NCBI GenBank assembly: GCA_000004695.1
Contig: CM000150.2
Coordinates: 3,872,001-3,936,000 of the forward strand
Direction of reading: 5' to 3'
DNA: 64,000 bases
Origin: Dictyostelium discoideum
Taxonomy: Eukaryota
Both the position numbers and the translations under genes were made by a program. Shown here piece after piece: positions 1 through 15,598 of this stretch (the stretch's first letter is position 1; every line of letters begins with the position of its first letter). Below the pieces are notes generated by a model. The model had not been told where the DNA came from and did no database searches. It worked only from the letters and a program-made list of their open reading frames with translations.

Positions 1-2707
1 CGTGGTTTAAATAGAGTTATTGATTTCTTTGGGATGATAGAACCCTTTAGAGTTGAATAATTGAAAGAGTAACCATTTGGAACTGATGAATTATTATATT
101 TGAAAGCAACGGCATCCATTAATGGTGGCATTTTCTTTTTAGCCAAAGCAGAAACATCCTCGATGGTACCATAGATTTTAGAACTGTTTTCAGGTAATTG
201 AGTTACGGAACCCTCTTTAAAGGCACTATTGATATTTGAATCCTTATGACAAAACATTAAATCATGACCCAATGTATTACGATCGACTTCTTCCTCTGTT
301 AAAAGTGGTTCAGTTTTTGAAATAGTTTTCAAAAGTTTAATACTATTGATGAATGGTAATAAACAAACACCCTTATACAATGGTTCAGTGGGACCTCTAT
401 CGATACGGAAAGCACGTGGATAGAATTCGATGATTGGCGATTCCTCAACTGGTTCACCATCGACTGAAATACCCATTAATTTCTGATAAGGTTTTGGTAC
501 GAATTGACAACTTGCTGGTGGCAAAACACTCATCAATTGATTGAATGGTTTAAAAGGCTCACCCATTTCATATTGAGGATATTCGAATTGGTCAAAGAAT
601 TTACTGATATCGGTGATGTATGGTGAATAATGGTATGGATAATACCAACCCCAAGATGAGCACCCTTTGAAATAGTATTTCAATACCCAAACTAAACCTT
701 CGACATAGGATTTACAAATTTGTTTAATGTCATCTTCATTTTCAACTTGAAAGCATGATTGATAGTATCTATCTCTCCAACCCTCTTCAGAGTATTTAAT
801 ATTTCTACTATTATCAAAAAAGATCTCTTTTTCAGTTGGTAAACTACTATCATCATAACTATTGACAAATAATGATGGTTTATCATTTTCTTGATGTTCT
901 TTTTCATCGGCTTCCTCTTGTATTTGTGCTGCTTTTTGTTGTTTAGATTTCTTATTTAATAATTTCTTTTCATTTTCTGCTGCAACTATATTTAATTGTT
1001 GTTGTTGATCATCATCTAATTCAATTACTTTTAAACCTCTTTTCTTTGATTTCTTTGAGGATGCTGATTGTTCGTCATCTTGTTCAGTCTCTTCTTTATC
1101 TTTTTCTTTACCACCACCACCACCAATAAGTTTATTTTTAATTAATTCAGCTGCTTTTTTATTTGATTTAACGGTTGTAGTTGTGGTAGAAGAAGCTGAA
1201 GAATTTTTTGATTTTTTAGTTGGTCTTGAATCTTCTTCTTTTTCTTCATCTTGTGTAGTTTCTTCAACTGGTTTTAAAATCTCGGCTAAAAATTTATCAG
1301 CCGCTTCTTTATGTGATAATGAAGTTTTATCATTAAGATTTAAAGAATTTGGTCTTGATACTATATTTGATAGATTTTGTCTTTTCTTTAAGATTTGAGC
1401 ATCTTTTTGAATCTTACGTTGGAATGATTCTTCTTCACCTTTTGTAAGGGCAACAAAGATTTGAGATAAACGTGGAAAATTAACTTCACCATTGGACACT
1501 AGATAATCGTCGAAACTTGGCAACAACTCTTTATAACATTTGATAACTCTATCGATTGCACCGTCTTTAATCTCCAAGTTTGGTAAATGTGGTAAGAAAT
1601 CATTACCAACAAAGAAACAAAGGAAAATGAAATCATCGACGATTCTATCAATATCGAAACCAAATGGAGTTGACACCTTTGTCTCTAATTCTAAATACTC
1701 TTTCAATAGATGTAAATGAAGAATTTGATAATTTTTCACAAGGAAATCCTTAACACTATCATCGACCTCCTCCTTGCATTCAATTGCTAAATGACCTTTC
1801 TTGTGACATTTATGACAAACACCACGTGCAATTGGTTGAATAAACTCTCTTAAAATATCGAAATTAACTTCATGTGTTGCTAAACCTAACATAATTAAAT
1901 CTGCATCTAAACCATAAATAATATGTTTTAAATTTGGATCATAATCTGGTTGTGCTCTTTGATGTCTAACATAATCCATAATCTTATGTTCACCTTCACC
2001 TGGTACACTTGCATCTGAAATTATAATTTTAACCTAAAAAAAAAAATATATATTATTAATAATATGTTCCTCTATAAATTATTATTATTATTATTATTCG
2101 AATTATTATCATTATAACTTACATCTTTCCAAGCTGGATCAGTTGTTAATTTTTCAGCTACATAAGTTCTTAAAGATTCAGCAACTCTATCCATAAATAA
2201 AGTACCTGGAGTGATACAATTTGAATCGAATTTGAATTTATTTTTCTTCTCTTCCATATATTGTTCGTATTCTTGTTGAGTTGCGAGACCATCGTAAATT
2301 CTTTCACGCCATAATGCTGCTTCTTTATCTTTATCTAAACGTGAGTCTAATGCAGCTCTAAATCTACGAGTACGTTGTTGATTCATTTTTGCTCTTGGTG
2401 CAACACCATCAACTGCCATATAAATTAACTTTCTTGGACGTATAATTGCAAAGAGTAGATCCAAATATTCATAGATCGATTGAATCATATCTTCAATTGA
2501 TTTAGGCTTTGGTCCCTTCTCTGGATGTGCACAAGGATGTATAATACCATTCATATCTAAATATAGATTATCATACTCTCCATTTGGATTCGGTGTTGTG
2601 AAATCAACTACACTTCTACCACCATCTGCTTCTCTTGGTTCAGTTGTTTCTTGAATTAATCCTCCATATTTATCAATTAACCATCTAAAAAAAGCTGGAA
2701 TACCCAT
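1..2707 (-). CDS. 5'-3' exoribonuclease, XRN2/Rat1-like (3' end of gene lies outside window). Exons 2123..2707 and 1..2032; intron about 2033..2122 (GTAAGT..AG).
   Basis: Exon 1 starts MGIPAFFRWL..YLDMNGIIHPC, the XRN N-terminal catalytic signature. A GTAAGT donor follows ..PAWKD at phase 0. From 2032 down to position 1 the frame stays open through ..VKIIISDASVPGEGEHKIMDYVRHQ.. and a CCHC knuckle (CHKCHKKGHLAIEC). The track omitted exon 2 because it runs off the window edge. The track frame and my base count disagree by 1 bp somewhere between 2074 and 2705. Confidence 0.85.
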
Positions 2708-3326
2708 TCTCTATATTAATATCTATATTTATATATTTGTTTATGTATTTGTATATGTAAAACTATCTTTTTTTTTAAAAAATAAAAAAAAAAAAATAAT
2801 AAAATAAAATAAAAAATAAAAAAAAAAAAAGAAAAAACGGTTTTATTTATTTTTTATAATATTCATTTTTTTTTTTTATTTTTTTTTTTATTTTTTTTTT
2901 GTTAATACTTAAGGAAATTTTTAAAATATAAAAAAAAAAAAAAAAAAGATATTGATATCTTAAATAAAACTCATTTTGTATATTATGATGTATTTACCTT
3001 AACTCTAATTTCGTATGTATTTTTATGTTAAGCTTACTTTTTTTTATTAAAAAAATTTAAATAATTAACAATTAAATAAAATAGGGATAAAAAAAAAAAA
3101 AAAAAAAATAGTCGGTGTATTTTTTTTTAATTTTTTTAAAATTTAGATATTTATTTGGGGGTTTATTAATAAATGTTATAAAGTGGAAAAAAAAAATCAA
3201 TGAATTTATTTCTCTCTATATTTTCTCTCTCTCTACTCTCTTATTTTAAACGAAAATCAATTGATTCAATTTTATTTGATTCTTAAAAAAAAAATAAATA
3301 ATAATGTGTGGGATTCTTATTTGAGG

Positions 3327-3357
<31 letters not shown>

Positions 3358-3485
3358 CGAAAAAATTTTTATTTATTTTTTGAAAAAAAAAAAAAAAAAA
3401 ATAAAAATAAAAATAAAAAATAATAATTTTCATAAAAGTGTTAAAAAAAAAAATAATAAAAAATAAAATTAAATAAAATAAAATA

Positions 3486-3590
3486 AATTCAATTCTTTTG
3501 AAACAATTTCTTGAGTGGCCCGAGTCGTTAAGCATTACAAATCACACAATCATCATACCACTTGAGAAATTGTTTCAAAAGAATTGAATT
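3486..3590. repeat. Imperfect inverted repeat: arms of about 33 bp (aattcaattcttttgaaacaatttcttgagtgg / ccacttgagaaattgtttcaaaagaattgaatt) around a 39-bp GC-richer loop.
   Basis: Arms compared directly; 25 bp match perfectly, with 2 central mismatches. It sits about 550 bp upstream of the vps18 start. Confidence 0.6.
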
Positions 3591-3804
3591 TCAACCAAGA
3601 TAATTCTAAAAAAAAAAAAAAAAAAAAAGAAAAAAGAAAAAAATAAAAAAATATATTTATACACATATATTCATGTCTATAAATAGCCAATATTTTAAAA
3701 TAAAAGGTCAATAAAAATTTTCGTCATCTTCAATAATATATTATTTTATTTTATTTTATTTATTTTTTTTTTTTTTTTTTTGATTTTTGAAATTATTTTT
3801 TTTT

Positions 3805-3876
<72 letters not shown>

Positions 3877-4053
3877 TAAACATTAAATTAATTCCTTTCT
3901 TTTTTTAATTTATGGTGAAAGATATTGATTTCACCAATTAGAAGAATAAAGGATGAATTTAAATTTCAATTCTACCCAATTAATGGTAAAAAAAAAAAAA
4001 CAAAACTAATAATACAATCACCTATGACATCAAACTAACTCAAAGATATCTTA

Positions 4054-4085
<32 letters not shown>

Positions 4086-4134
4086 GAATGAGAATTTCAA
4101 TGATGGAGATTATAGCGGATACAATAATGGAGGT

Positions 4135-7788
<3,654 letters not shown>

Positions 7789-8003
7789 AATCAAAAAAAA
7801 AAAAAGAAAACAATAAAAGAATAATAATAATAAATAAAAAAAATAAATAAAAAGTAAAATATAAATAAGTGTTAAATTAATAATAAAATTGTTACATCAT
7901 CCACAATTATTTTAAAAAAAAATAAATAATAATTAAAAGTTATATATAAAGTTATTAAAAAAGTATTTTATTCTTTTATTTATTGATTATATTTTTTTTT
8001 TTT

Positions 8004-9446
8004 TTATTGAGATGAGATGATTGTAGTATTATTTGCAATAGTATTTGAAATATAGTATAAGAGTATACGCCATAATTGTAATACAAAATCATCAGCATTA
8101 TTTTCAAACACATCTCTAAGTTTTAAAATAATATCGGTTGGTTCTAAATGAGTTTTTAAGAGGTTTAAGATGAAATCGATCAATTCATCTTCCTTTGCAC
8201 CAAAGAACTCAATAACTTTTGTGGTGATCCAAGCTTTCATACTTTCATTGACAATTGTTGGATTCTTATCAACATAATTCCAATCAATTTTAAATTTAAA
8301 TATTTGTTCTCTATCATTTGATATTCTCGATAAATCAATACCACCATTTGAATTATTATTATTTGGTGTTGTTGTTGTTGTTGTTGTAGTTTCTGTAGAT
8401 TGTTGTTGTTTTTGAAGTTGTTGATATTGTTGTGGATTTAAAACTTGATCAATTTCATTATAATCCAATGGAATGAAAGTTTGTTTCTTTTTTGACATTT
8501 GTAAACTATTTTGTAATTCATTTTCAGATTGATTTTCATCATCCTCATCTATAGAGTTAAAACCTTTGCCTACTAATTTCAATTTTTTGTTATTATTGAT
8601 ATTACTACTCAATTGGATCCTATTTAATTCTTCTTCTTTTTGTCTCTTTAGTTCGAGTTCAGCCAATTCGGCCAATTCTCTCTGTCTATCTTTTTCATCA
8701 TCTTCTCTCTCCTTTTGTCTATATTTGATTGCTTCTCTTGATCTGATACGTTTTCTCATTTTCTCATCTGAATCTGAATATTCGTCCATTTCCAATTGTC
8801 TAGCTTTAATCTCTCTTTGTTCCTTCTCCTTTTCTTTCTCTTTCTCTTTCTCTCTATCAATTTCTTTGGTTCTCTCTCTTCTCTCCCAATTTTTCTCTCT
8901 CTCTTTGAAATCTTTTAAATCTCTTTCTTTATTCTTTAGCTCTCTCTCTTTGTGTCTTTGTTTCTCTTTTTCCTTTTCTTTTTCAATGATTTTAATTTTC
9001 TCTTCCTTTGTTAAGTCTCTTCTATCCTTATTATAGAAATCATTGATTTCATTTGATTCCATTTTCTTTTTCTCATAAATATTGATAAAATTCTTTTCAA
9101 CCATAGCCTTTATCGATTCCCTTAAAATGATATCTTGAGGTGAGTCTGATGATTGATCGGTTAATCCACCCTTCTTATCTAAATAATCACTGAAAAACTT
9201 TTGCCCTTTATCAACTTTTACAACTAATTTACCACCATCCCTATCAACCTCTAAATCATTAAGAACTCTCAATGCTGTAACTGCACCCTCTGCATGCTCA
9301 AATTCACAAAGTCCAAATTGTTTCAATTTTCCATTGGTATCTGATGCTCTATTCCATTTACTAACTTTACCACATTGATTTAATAATGATCTAATAAATG
9401 AATCTTCTACAAATTGTGGTATTTTACCTATATATGCTGTTGTACT

Positions 9447-9524
<78 letters not shown>

Positions 9525-10178
9525 GTTATTAAAATTATTTGTATTGTTTGTTGTGTTGGTTGTAGTAATAGTGGTAGGTGTAGATGTGGGTGTAGATGTA
9601 GCTGGTATAAAAGTTGATGGGGTAATGTTAGTGGTGGTAGATGCTATATTATTAATTTTATTTTGATTCAATGGTGTTGGTGGTGAATTAATATTTTCAT
9701 TTTGGTGATGTAATGGACTATTATTATTATTTTTATTATTATTAATATTAATATTATTATTGTTATTAAAAATATTAGGTTTTTGATTTATGAATGAACC
9801 TGGTACCATTGGGTAATGTGGTTGTGGTGGTTGTGTAGGTTGTGGTGGTTGTGGTGGTTGTTGTTGTTGATTGTGAGGATGCATTGGAATACCTCTTCCC
9901 ATTGGTGGTGTTGGATGAATTGGATATCCATTGTTATGATGTTGAAGATGTGGTGGTATTCCACCAACCATACCACCATTAAAATTTGGGGGCATTACAT
10001 TTTGTGGTGGGAAGGGGCCATGGTGTGGTGGAAATTGACCACCATATGGTGGTTGTACTAATCCAGGTGGGAAGGGACCAAATGGTGGTGGACCACCAGG
10101 TGGAAATCCACCATATGGTGGTTTCATCATCATACCTGGTGGTTGTGGTTGAAATGGATGATGACCATAAGGATTCAT
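8004..10178 (-). CDS. RBM25-like splicing factor: Pro-rich N terminus, RRM, RE/EK-rich region and C-terminal PWI domain. Single exon, 724 aa.
   Basis: RRM segment is AYIGKIPQFVEDSFIRSLLNQCGKVSKWNR..GLCEFEHAEGAVTALRVLN. The RE/KE repeat is ERELKNKERDLKDFKEREKNWERRERTKE... The PWI-like C terminus is ..MKAWITTKVIEFFGAKEDELIDFILNLLKTH... Confidence 0.8.
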
Positions 10179-10584
10179 TTTTATTTTATTTTATTTTATT
10201 GTATTTTTTTTTTTTTTTTTGTTTTGTTTTTATTTTATATAAAATTTAATTTACTTTTATATTTAATATCTATCCAATCTAAGTTTATTAAATTTTCACT
10301 TTTTTTTTTTTTTTCTAATTATCTATTTCTCTCCCTCTCTTTATGAATTATTTATATTTATTATGTCAAATTATTATTATATTATTATTACTAGTAATAT
10401 TATTATTATTATTATTATTATTAAACCTTTTTGATCGATATTCAGCAATTCACAAATATACACCAAACTTTCATATAAAACATTATTTAATATTATAAGT
10501 TATCAATTTTAATATTTGTGTTATGAGGAGAAAATGTAAAAGATCTGTTGAAAAATTTTCAAAAAAATATAAAAAAAAAAAAAC

Positions 10585-10900
10585 TTTTTTTTTTTATTTT
10601 TTTTTTTTTATTTTTATTTTTATTTTTATTTTTGGTAAATGAAAATAAGACTTAATTTTGGGTTGAATATTTTTTTATTTTTGATTAAATTATATCGAGT
10701 ATATAGAATTTGTAATTAATGTTTTTTTTATTTTTTTTTATTTTTATTTTTATTTTTTTAATTTTTATTTTTATTTTAATTTTTATTTTTGGTAAATGAA
10801 AATAAGAGTTGACTCGAAATTTAATTTTGGATTAAATATTTTTGGAAAACAATTTTATTTTAATTTTTTTTTTTATTTTTGATTTAATTATATCAAGTAT
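10585..10900. repeat. Two tandem copies of an approximately 150-bp intergenic unit (..tttttggtaaatgaaaataaga..ttttgg(a/g)tt(g/a)aatattttt..gattaaattatatc(g/a)agtatata(g/c)aattt..).
   Basis: Direct comparison of 10590-10720 with 10735-10915. Confidence 0.6.
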
Positions 10901-11217
10901 ATACAATTTTTATTTTTAAATGTTTTTTTATTTTTTTTTTTTATTTTATTTTATTTTATTTTATTGAGTAATTTACAATTATCTGGTTTAAATATAAATT
11001 GTCATTTTAAAATACTTTAACGACAAACCAAAATATCACAATTACAATTTCTAATGCAGTAATTTGAAGTTGAACCCATTGTTATACTGAAAAATTAAAA
11101 TTAAAATTAAAATATTAGTACACAACCTTTTTATTTTTATTTATATATATTTCATTCACAAAATAATAAAAATGAAAAAAAAAAAAAAAAAAAAAAAGAA
11201 TTAGATATATTTATTAC

Positions 11218-11583
11218 TTACTGATCATTATTAATAAGACCAACACGACCTAGACATAAAACATCAATGGATTTATCTTCAACTACTTTAACTATAATAT
11301 CTTTTGGTGTACCCTCAACACGTATTGCTTCTACATTATTAATTAAATATTCATTTCTTGCTAAATCTTCATATTTCTTTAATAATGCATCACCATTGTC
11401 AAACATTCCTTGTTTAATATCTGAAATTAATGTCATATCAAAGTTTGTATTTGACATCATATAATGTACTAAATCTACAACTACAAGTAATACAATTGTA
11501 TCTGTTTCTTTGTATAAATTCATTGCCTTTAAAAATGCTTTATGAGAATTTGCACTACCATCTATTGCTATTAAAAATTTCAT
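11218..11583 (-). CDS. Universal stress protein (UspA family), 121 aa, single exon.
   Basis: MKFLIAIDGSANSHKAFLKAM..TIVLLVVVD.. is the typical USP alpha/beta fold signature. Confidence 0.75.
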   Translation of the reverse strand: MKFLIAIDGSANSHKAFLKAMNLYKETDTIVLLVVVDLVHYMMSNTNFDMTLISDIKQGMFDNGDALLKKYEDLARNEYLINNVEAIRVEGTPKDIIVKVVEDKSIDVLCLGRVGLINNDQ

Positions 11584-11753
11584 TTTCTTGATTGGTCTTG
11601 ATTTTTTTTTTTTGATTATTTTTTTTTTTTTTTATTTTATAAATTCGAGAGTGATTCTAAATTTATTCTTTTAATTAATAATATTTCTTAAAATACTATT
11701 TTTTTTAAACAGGAGAAATAGAAAAGGGTTATTTTAATTTTTTATTATAAAAA

Positions 11754-11788
<35 letters not shown>

Positions 11789-12396
11789 CAGAAATTACAC
11801 GAAAAAAAAAAAAAAAAAAAAAATTAAAAATAAAAAAAATAATTTTTAAAAATGAAATTGTTTACCAGGTTTATAGATATTAAAAATAAAAAAAAAAATT
11901 TTAAAAAAAAACAAAAAAAAAAAATTAAATTGAGAAGTTCAATATTTTAAAATTAAATTGACCAATTAAAATAATATTTATTATTATTATATTTTCCCTT
12001 ATAAGGAATGAAGGGTTTTGGCGATATTAAAATTTTTTTTTTATTTTTCTTTTTTCAACTTGATAAATGTAAAAAAAAAAAAATATTTAATAAGAAATTT
12101 CAATAATTTAATTTTTTATCGTCAAAAATGTATCCTATTGAGTAAAATGTTGTTTCTTTGTATATGGAATTTAAAAAAACATCAATGATAGAGAGAATAA
12201 ATATTTTTCAATATCATTATGGTCAATATCAATTATTTGGATCCAGTGTCAGAGATAATAAATCTATCAATGCGCTACGACTTCAACAAAAATAACAAGT
12301 ATACTTGTTGGATTAATTTAATCGTCATCAACAAAAATAACAAGTATACAATTTTCAAATATTTTTAAATGAATGTCATAAATTAATCCATATCAT

Positions 12397-12431
<35 letters not shown>

Positions 12432-12501
12432 ATAATTTAAATAAAAAAATCAGAAATTGTTTTTAAACAAGAGTGAATTAATTTATTAATTAATTAAGCT
12501 T

Positions 12502-13310
12502 TTAAAGATCTCCCATACAAGTGGATGTTTTATAAAAACCAACTGGATTTTTTACTTTTTCTTCTTCTTCAGATGATTGAAGGAATGGTTGTTCAGTAAT
12601 ACAAACGTAGTTAAAGAATTCACTAAAAATATTAATTTTTTTTTATATTTTTTATAAGTTAATAAAATATTAAATATTTAAAGTTTTTTTAAAAATTTTA
12701 AATAGGATAATTCTTACTTTGAACAGTATGGCATACCATTGTAAACACCACAAGAACGAGTATAGGTTTCTTTGTAAACATTACAGTAAACAATTTCTTG
12801 ATCTTCTGTATCGATGGCAGTGTAGTTGGTTGCAAATGATGCAAATACAATATCATTGGTTGAGCAACCACTACCATGAGTGAATGAATTTACCCATGAA
12901 AATTTTGGATAGGATGGTGTATTACTTATGGTGACCAAGTAAGAGTGGGCTTGTTTTGGAGCAAAATAACCATCAAAGTAATGTTCACCAATAGTTTCAA
13001 TGCATTCACCATTGGAAACAACCATAGTTTCACCTTGTGGCTCTGAACAATCTAAGTGAGAACTTGTACCATTTGCGAAATAAGAGTATTTGACTGATGA
13101 GGAATCTGAAGATAATGAAAACTTCCAATTTCTAAAAAAATCAAAAGTTATACATGAATCAACTGGTACAGAATATCCAACACCTCTAACATGGCTGTTA
13201 CCTCCGTTACAGTTTGATCCTTTTTCATATGGAATAAAGTTTACATATGATGTGGATAATACTGTTGCTACTGATAATGTTAATAATAATAATGATAAAA
13301 TAACTTTCAT
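12502..13310 (-). CDS. Secreted Cys-rich protein with signal peptide MKVILSLLLLTLSVATVLS. Proposed exons 12718..13310 and 12502..12622, with a 95-nt AT-rich intron.
   Basis: The track ORF ends at a TAA that overlaps a GTAAG donor (..TCA AA|GTAAGA). A downstream acceptor tttttag|T restores an open frame through NEFFNYVCITEQPFLQSSEEEEKVKNPVGFYKTSTCMGDL*. The unspliced form (12714..13310, 198 aa) remains possible. Confidence 0.5.
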
Positions 13311-13720
13311 TTTTTTATTTTTTGGTATTAATCTTTCTTTGTTAATTAATAAAATGAAAAAAAAAAAAAATTAAAAGAAAAAATTTATCTTATTTATATC
13401 ACTAAAAAAAAAAAATTATTAAAATAAAAAAAAATAAAAAAAAACAAATATTAAAATTTATTGGTTTCCATTTAAAAAATCGTATTTTCGATTGGTTCTA
13501 TAAAAAAATTATTTCCCGGCTGTTGAAAAAAAAAAAAAAAAAATTCAAATTTCCTCGGTTCCAATCAATTTTAAATTGAATGACCTCCTTGACTCATTAA
13601 AAATGGAATATTTCTTTTTTTTTTTAAGTGAATTAACACTCAATTACTAATTATTTTTATTTTTATTTTTTTTTGATAAAGGAAGGTCATAGAAATAATA
13701 TTATTTTCCATGTGAACAAT

Positions 13721-13755
<35 letters not shown>

Positions 13756-14059
13756 AACATTGATATATAAAAATATTTTTAATAATAATAAAAAAAGTAG
13801 TGTTCGTGTTTTAGTTTATTAAAAACATTAACAAATTTTTAATTCAATGAATATCAACTCTTTTTTATTTTTTTTTTTTTTATTTTTTTTTTTTTTTTTT
13901 TTTTTTTTTATTATTAAAACTTTGGTGTGTGATAAATTTAATAAACCTTAATTGGTTTTGATCAAAACATAATCGGCATGTTATTTATTAAACAATAAAA
14001 TACAAAACTTGATCGTTTTAATTCTTTTAAAAAAAAACTTCGAAAAGAATAATGTTCGG

Positions 14060-14098
<39 letters not shown>

Positions 14099-14179
14099 TC
14101 CAAATTTCACTTTTTAAAACTTATTCATTGATGGAATTGAGAGCTAATTTTTTAATAAATTGGAATCTTTACTGAATAA

Positions 14180-14223
<44 letters not shown>

Positions 14224-14300
14224 TTATTTAAATAATTTTTTTTTTTTTTTTTTTTTTTCTAAAATATTAAACAAGTAAAAGAAATTCAAAAAAAATAAAA

Positions 14301-14597
14301 ATGTCATCAACCCAAGTAAATGTTTTCGCAACATCAATTGTAAAACCAGAATTTGTAGAAGAATTTATTAGTTTTTTTAAAACAGTGGTTCAAGAATCAA
14401 ACAAAGAGGATGGTGTTATTAAATATGATTTAAATCAAGATTTTGAAAATAAAAATATTTTTTATATTTATGAAGAGTATAAATCTATGGATGCATTGGA
14501 GTATCATAAAACAACCCCACATTTCTTATCAATGCTCAAATTTACAGAAGGGAAAATTTTAGATCTTCAAATTAAAATTTTTAAACCAATTCAATAA
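14301..14597 (+). CDS. ABM-domain (antibiotic biosynthesis monooxygenase / Dabb-like) small protein, 98 aa.
   Basis: Sequence pattern ..VKPEFVEEF..KEDGVIKYDL..FYIYEEYKSMDALEYHKTTPHF.. Confidence 0.65.
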   Translation: MSSTQVNVFATSIVKPEFVEEFISFFKTVVQESNKEDGVIKYDLNQDFENKNIFYIYEEYKSMDALEYHKTTPHFLSMLKFTEGKILDLQIKIFKPIQ

Positions 14598-15189
14598 ATT
14601 AAAAATTTAATTAATTTAAAATAAAAATAAAAATAAAAAAAGTTTTTTACACATTTTATTTTTTAAAATAATTTTATTCTTTATTTAATTTTAATTAAAA
14701 TTTGTTTTGAATTATAATTTTATTGAAATATTTTTTTAGTTTTTTTGAAAATTTTAGGGGGGGAATGAAATTGTCATCTATTATCGTAATGTCATAGTGC
14801 ATAGATAAATCTTTCCTTTCTCTGACACTAGTTTAATATTGATCATTTTTTTTTATTTCCCTTTGGATAGTATTGATATGATCATTAGCTTTTCTAAATG
14901 ATATAGTGCATAGATAAATCTTTCCTTTCTCTACCATTAGATTGGTTTTGAATTCATATCATATTACTACATTTTCTTTAAAGGTAACAACTTAATAATT
15001 CTTTTTTTCTATATTATTTAAAAGAAAAAATTAGAAAATTATTTTTTTTTTTATTTATTTATTTTTATTTTAATTCTTTTTTACCTTTTTTAACTTTTTT
15101 CTCTTTAATTCTATCTTTAATCTTTTAATTTCTTTGTTTTGAAATAATACTATTTCATTTTATTTGTTTTAATTCTTTGGTTTGGAATG

Positions 15190-15223
<34 letters not shown>

Positions 15224-15598
15224 CAATTTATACTCTGATAATTTTTTATTATTTCCATTTCAAATTATTTAGATTTGTCCTAAAAAGTAATTTTTACTTT
15301 TTTTTTTTCTTTTTTAATCAATCAAAAAAAGATTCTAAATTGGCAATTATTAGATAATAAAAATGGTAAATATACCAAATAGGGAAACATTTATTTTTTT
15401 TTTTTTTTTTTTTTTTTTTTTATTCTCAATCTCCCCATGAGCCATCCACCAACATCCAAACTATTTTAAAATTCCTACTCACAAATAAATAAATAAATAA
15501 ATAAATAAATTAAAAAAATTTAAAATGAAATAAATTATACGGATGTAATAATAGATTTTGTTTTTCTTTTACCCTTTTTTTTTTTGTTTTGTTTTATT

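Noticed and set aside
692-1398. Short ORFs at 692..907 (-) and 1183..1398 (+)
   Set aside because: They lie inside or antisense to the long open XRN exon 2 frame, which the track omits because it runs off the window.
8566-9036. 156-aa + strand ORF rich in S/L/F, antisense to the RBM25 gene
   Set aside because: It is the antisense reading of the RE/EK-repeat coding region. It has low complexity and no start context, while the sense strand has clear RRM and PWI homology.
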